A program made the position numbers and the translations under genes. The notes beneath the pieces were generated by a model, which did not search any database, was not told the DNA's origin, and worked only from the letters and a program-made list of their open reading frames with translations. From contig JBNZDD010013721.1 of assembly GCA_050575255.1 (NCBI GenBank), positions 4,765,196 through 4,829,195 of the forward strand: DNA of 64,000 bases, given 5' to 3'. Shown piece by piece: positions 59,896-64,000 of the stretch. This DNA is from Harriotta raleighana (Eukaryota). The first letter of the stretch is position 1, and the number at the start of each line of letters is the position of its first letter.

Positions 59896-62622
59896 GCTGC
59901 ACACACTTGTCCAGATCACATGCAAGTCGTGTGTGAGGTAAGTGTAGAAGATGGACTTTCTCCAGGATTATAATGAGGGGGAGGATATTAAAAGTACTGC
60001 ATAGTGAAAGCTCCGAGAAGTGATGGAGCTGGAAATTGAGTGTGAATCAATGTCACATGTTAGCCTCTGGTCTGAACTGAAGTTCAAGCCCATTTTGGAA
60101 TGGATCGACAAAATAACAGTTAAAGTAACTGGGAAGTGTGTAAAGTGTGGAATAACCCGTAGGATGCTCCATAAACCCGATTGTCCAACACCCTGGGATG
60201 TTTTACTGATGTGCGAGAATACTATACAGTGCAATTTGTTGTTGCAAATTTCATGCTTGTATTCCTAGAGTATTGCTGGTGCCTGTTGCTGTCCACCTGA
60301 TTGCTTCCTTTAAGGAAGATCACCTGGACCGACGTGTACGAGGAATTGTTTGAGTAACAAAATCCATGAATGAAAACATCCACTCCTGCCACTTGAGGCC
60401 ATCACAGCTGAAATGAAAGCCGTGGTGTGTGTGTGCGCATTTTGCTGAGTACAGCATTCCTCTTGACCTGTACAGTTTTTTTTATATAAACTTTGATGAT
60501 ATTGCACCAGAGAGAGATTTTATCTGAAGTGGAAGCACAATCCTTTGGATACATAATCTATTCTGGGAACATTATTTAATAATATTTTTGCTTCAAGACT
60601 TGAACTGAGCAGCGGTCCATGATGGAGCTTATTTATACTTGCTAGCTCTAACTTGTTAACTTGAACTGTAAGCAAGTTTGGATGAAAAATGTACGATTCC
60701 CACAAAAGATTCTCATGATGGGTGCTGCAAGATGAAACGTTTAACTGGCTTCTCATCCACGACAACCCAGATGGTTTCTACAATGATCCTATCGCATTGT
60801 GAATGGTCAAAGGAAACTCGACACCATTTTGAAAAGGATTCTTTGCTGAAGTGACTCACTTTGTTTCAATCGAATTTGAATCTAGATTTGGAAGTTTTAT
60901 TCTGACACATTTTGTTTTCTTTCCACAAATCTAGCTTTAATTTTTAGATTTAAGGAAATGGTGATATTGACACTACCTTTGCTGAGTCTTTAATCTTAAA
61001 ATTGTGCAGTGAAACTTGTGTAGCATTGAATTGCCTGATTAAGACAAAGGTAAATTTATGGCTTGCTGTCCTCTCTATAGTGTTCTTTTGATAGGATCAA
61101 GGTGAAGTATGAGCTAGTTTATATTGGTCTGCAGTTAGTCATAGTTTGATCCAAATGGAGAGACTGCTTTTCTTCAGTCAATTAGTCCTTTTTTACTGAT
61201 GTGGCTTGTATTTCTGAACGGACATTGTAAATTGTCACTTTACGTTTTATAAATGTTTTTGAACACCGACCAGTAAACACTTGTCCCACACAGCTGCCAG
61301 GTGGAATTTGTTGTAACTATAGTAATGGATATTGTGTTCACAAACAGCTCACTGTTTAGTCACTAAATTTGTATCCCAATTTCACCCCTCTGATGTACAC
61401 AGCTCCATGAAGCTTTCTTTCACTCGAAAGGATCTAATTTGCTTTAAAATGGGAAGGGGAGTTTTATCCTATTTATTATTCTGCTTATGTAAAATACTCA
61501 AGTGTTTGAAAACATGTTGAAGTATGTACATAATAAATAATTGGCTATTTTTGTACAATCCATTTGATGGAAGTAAATGATTTACACTGAAGCCCTTAAT
61601 TTGGGAGGATGGGAGGTGCACATTATTTAAGTATTGCTGCAGTCTCTGTATTGGAATATATCTTAATTTATATCTTTCAGCATGATCTTTTTTTTTTCTG
61701 TCATCTCTTGATTTTTCCTAGAGTTTATTCCATGGTGTTAAACTGGTTGTCATTTATTTTACACTGCTCTGTTTTCCAGGTTTTATAGTTGCATTTCTCT
61801 TCAACTGAACTTGCGTTTATTTCAGTTGGGCAGAGATGTGAAATGTGATCACTCCAACAAAAATGAAGTCAGTCCGAACACATGCAAGACATAACACCAT
61901 TCAGTTCAGTCCAACCTTTATCAGGAATTTCATCAAAAACATCTCACTCATGCTGCATTCCTTATTCCCTTTCGTTACTTCTTACAACCTGCTGGCCAGC
62001 CACCATGCACCCAAAGGTTCTGTGTTACAAAATAATTTCTGAAGAAACAAAGAGACAGCTAATAGCCATTGCTTGACTCATGGTCTTTCAGACTCTAGCA
62101 GAGTCTTGTCCTGAGAGCAAGGCTGAAATACAAAGCTCTGTGAGCTGCCAGGCTCCTGGTAATTAAATACCCCATTAAGGTTACACCACAGAGAAGCAAT
62201 TCAGCCACTGTACAATGTTACTTGCCCACACAACAATACTTTGTACTTCACTGCCTTTCCACCAACAGTATTCATGAGTGGATATTACAATAATAATCAT
62301 CTTTGTATTTAATGTAGTGCCTTATCACCTTGTTGAAACACCTCAAAACAGTTCACAGAATGTAGTGGGGGGGGTGACGGTGCTTTTTGTGAGCAAAGGG
62401 GCATCATCCACCCTTCAAAGTAAGCAGGTACACTGGCCTGGACAATACAGTAGAATTGCACAAGGTCAAGTATTTCCAGATATCATCTTCTCATTTGACT
62501 GAGGTGTTGAGTTCTTAATTCCACCCCAAGGACATCATTATACCAGGGAGGCTGGCATTAACCCAACTCGTAACACAAGCTGCTGTGATAAACGGTTGCC
62601 TCACTGACAGTGTGTGACAGGC

Positions 62623-62872
62623 TCAGAGCACTGGGACTCCACGCATTCTGCGGATCACGTTGGCAATCTTCCTTGCCAGCCCGTCAGAAGGCTCAGCGAT
62701 CTGGAAAGTCCTGGTGAGAAGATTGTAGAAGGAGCCGTAGCCAACAGCCACCACAGTGCAGGTCAGGCAGATGACATTGTATGGCATACTGAAATCGGGT
62801 GTCGGCAAATTCACCAGCAGCGCCTCTGTGTAGATTCTGACAAAGTAACTGGAGGAGTCACTGGAGGGGAAC
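62623..62872 (-). CDS. PIGT: GPI transamidase component PIG-T, last coding exon (upstream exons beyond window end)
   Basis: [56 protein letters not shown]...RGVPVL* matches the PIGT C-terminus. Confidence 0.95.
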
Positions 62873-64000
62873 CTGGAAAATAAAATATAGGTTAGCTGAT
62901 AAAAATGAATTGTGTTGCAATGTATATTTTTTGCATACAGTAAAACCCTGTTTATCCGGTACACTTGGGGTTGACAAAATAGTCTGTACTGGATAAACGG
63001 GGGACAAGTTACTGAAAACCCAACATTTTTTTTTACTTATTTCAAAACATACCATTAATAATACACTACATAGTAACAGAATATTGTATGGATATTTACC
63101 AATAAAGCATTTCAGCACACGTGGTTAAAAAAAATCGGTAAAACACCATTTTCTTTTACTGATTGGTTTAAAAAAAACAAGTTCTTAAGTTTAATAAATG
63201 AGCGAACTCGCGATTGTTGGAATGGGGAATTGCCCCAAGAGGGGTTCGAGCAATCTGGTTGATTGGGTCACAGATAAATGAGGTTTTACTGTAATAAGTA
63301 CAGGAATAGCAAAAGCCCAGACTCTAGACCCTTCCTCTTTGAATGACCTTGAATCCCACCTGCCTTGACCATGTCACTCAATCTTTCTCCGGAAACAGAA
63401 CTATTTTATACCATCCAATTCAAAGACCTTCCAGGCCATTTATTCCACAAATGCATTTTTCCCATTTTTAAAAAATCTGAATTAACTTTCTAATTTAAAT
63501 TGTTAATGGCCCTGGATTTGTACCCTTCACCATACCAAAGGTATATCAGATTCTTTGGTATGATATCATACATCAAAGATACTGAGTTTTGCCCACAAAA
63601 TAGTCAATTTCCTTTACAATCTATTCTGTAAGACATCTTGAGATAGGAAAAGGATTAATATTATTATGAAGATGGCTAGTTTCTTTCAATACGTATTAGG
63701 CCTGGACGCTGCTTTTTCCCCTTTCCCCAATTGACACCAAGGCCAATTGAAGTAAACTAATTAATGTGTTTATTGAGATCAGCAAACGCAGTACTGATGA
63801 GAAATGAAACCTGTGAACTCTGGTCTGAATGGCAGAGTGTTGACCGGGGCTCCATCACCCACTCGGCTATTTTGGGAGCAAGGAATTGATGTTTAATAAT
63901 GAGGGATGGTAACAGCATTAAGCAATGCTAAGTTGGAGGAGTTACAGGGCTGGCAGTGTGAAGGCACTATATACTGTGTACTGATGTGCCAAACAGAAAT

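Noticed and set aside
1-64000. CRISPR array, operon or other prokaryotic system
   Set aside because: The window is spliced vertebrate DNA; recurring motifs are dispersed SINE/LINE copies, not regularly spaced repeats.

Overview
Intron-rich vertebrate DNA, probably a cartilaginous fish such as a chimaera (inferred from DeuSINE/tRNA-SINE, L2 and CR1 content). It holds three genes. (1) A Piezo mechanosensitive channel gene on the minus strand starts at ATG 42348 and runs off the left edge. I traced 49 coding exons with matching splice phases (about 2470 codons); it is most likely the third vertebrate paralog (Piezo3/Piezo2-like). (2) A divergent Spire-family actin-nucleator gene lies head-to-head on the plus strand (51354-59895, 15 coding exons, about 523 aa). 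It has a KIND domain and WH2 cluster but an eroded Spir-box/FYVE end, including an apparently compensated frameshift across a 28-nt micro-exon and an in-frame TGA. (3) The last coding exon of PIGT is on the minus strand. The Piezo-Spire pair repeats the human PIEZO1/SPIRE2 and PIEZO2/SPIRE1 linkage and suggests a little-studied third Spire ohnolog. Also present: an inverted dead copy of Spire-like exon 1 inside a Piezo intron, a 2107-bp tandem duplication around a single N (likely an assembly artefact), a rearranged Gypsy LTR/gag remnant, several palindromic elements and many SINE/LINE fragments. All exon boundaries were read by eye; no database searches were run.
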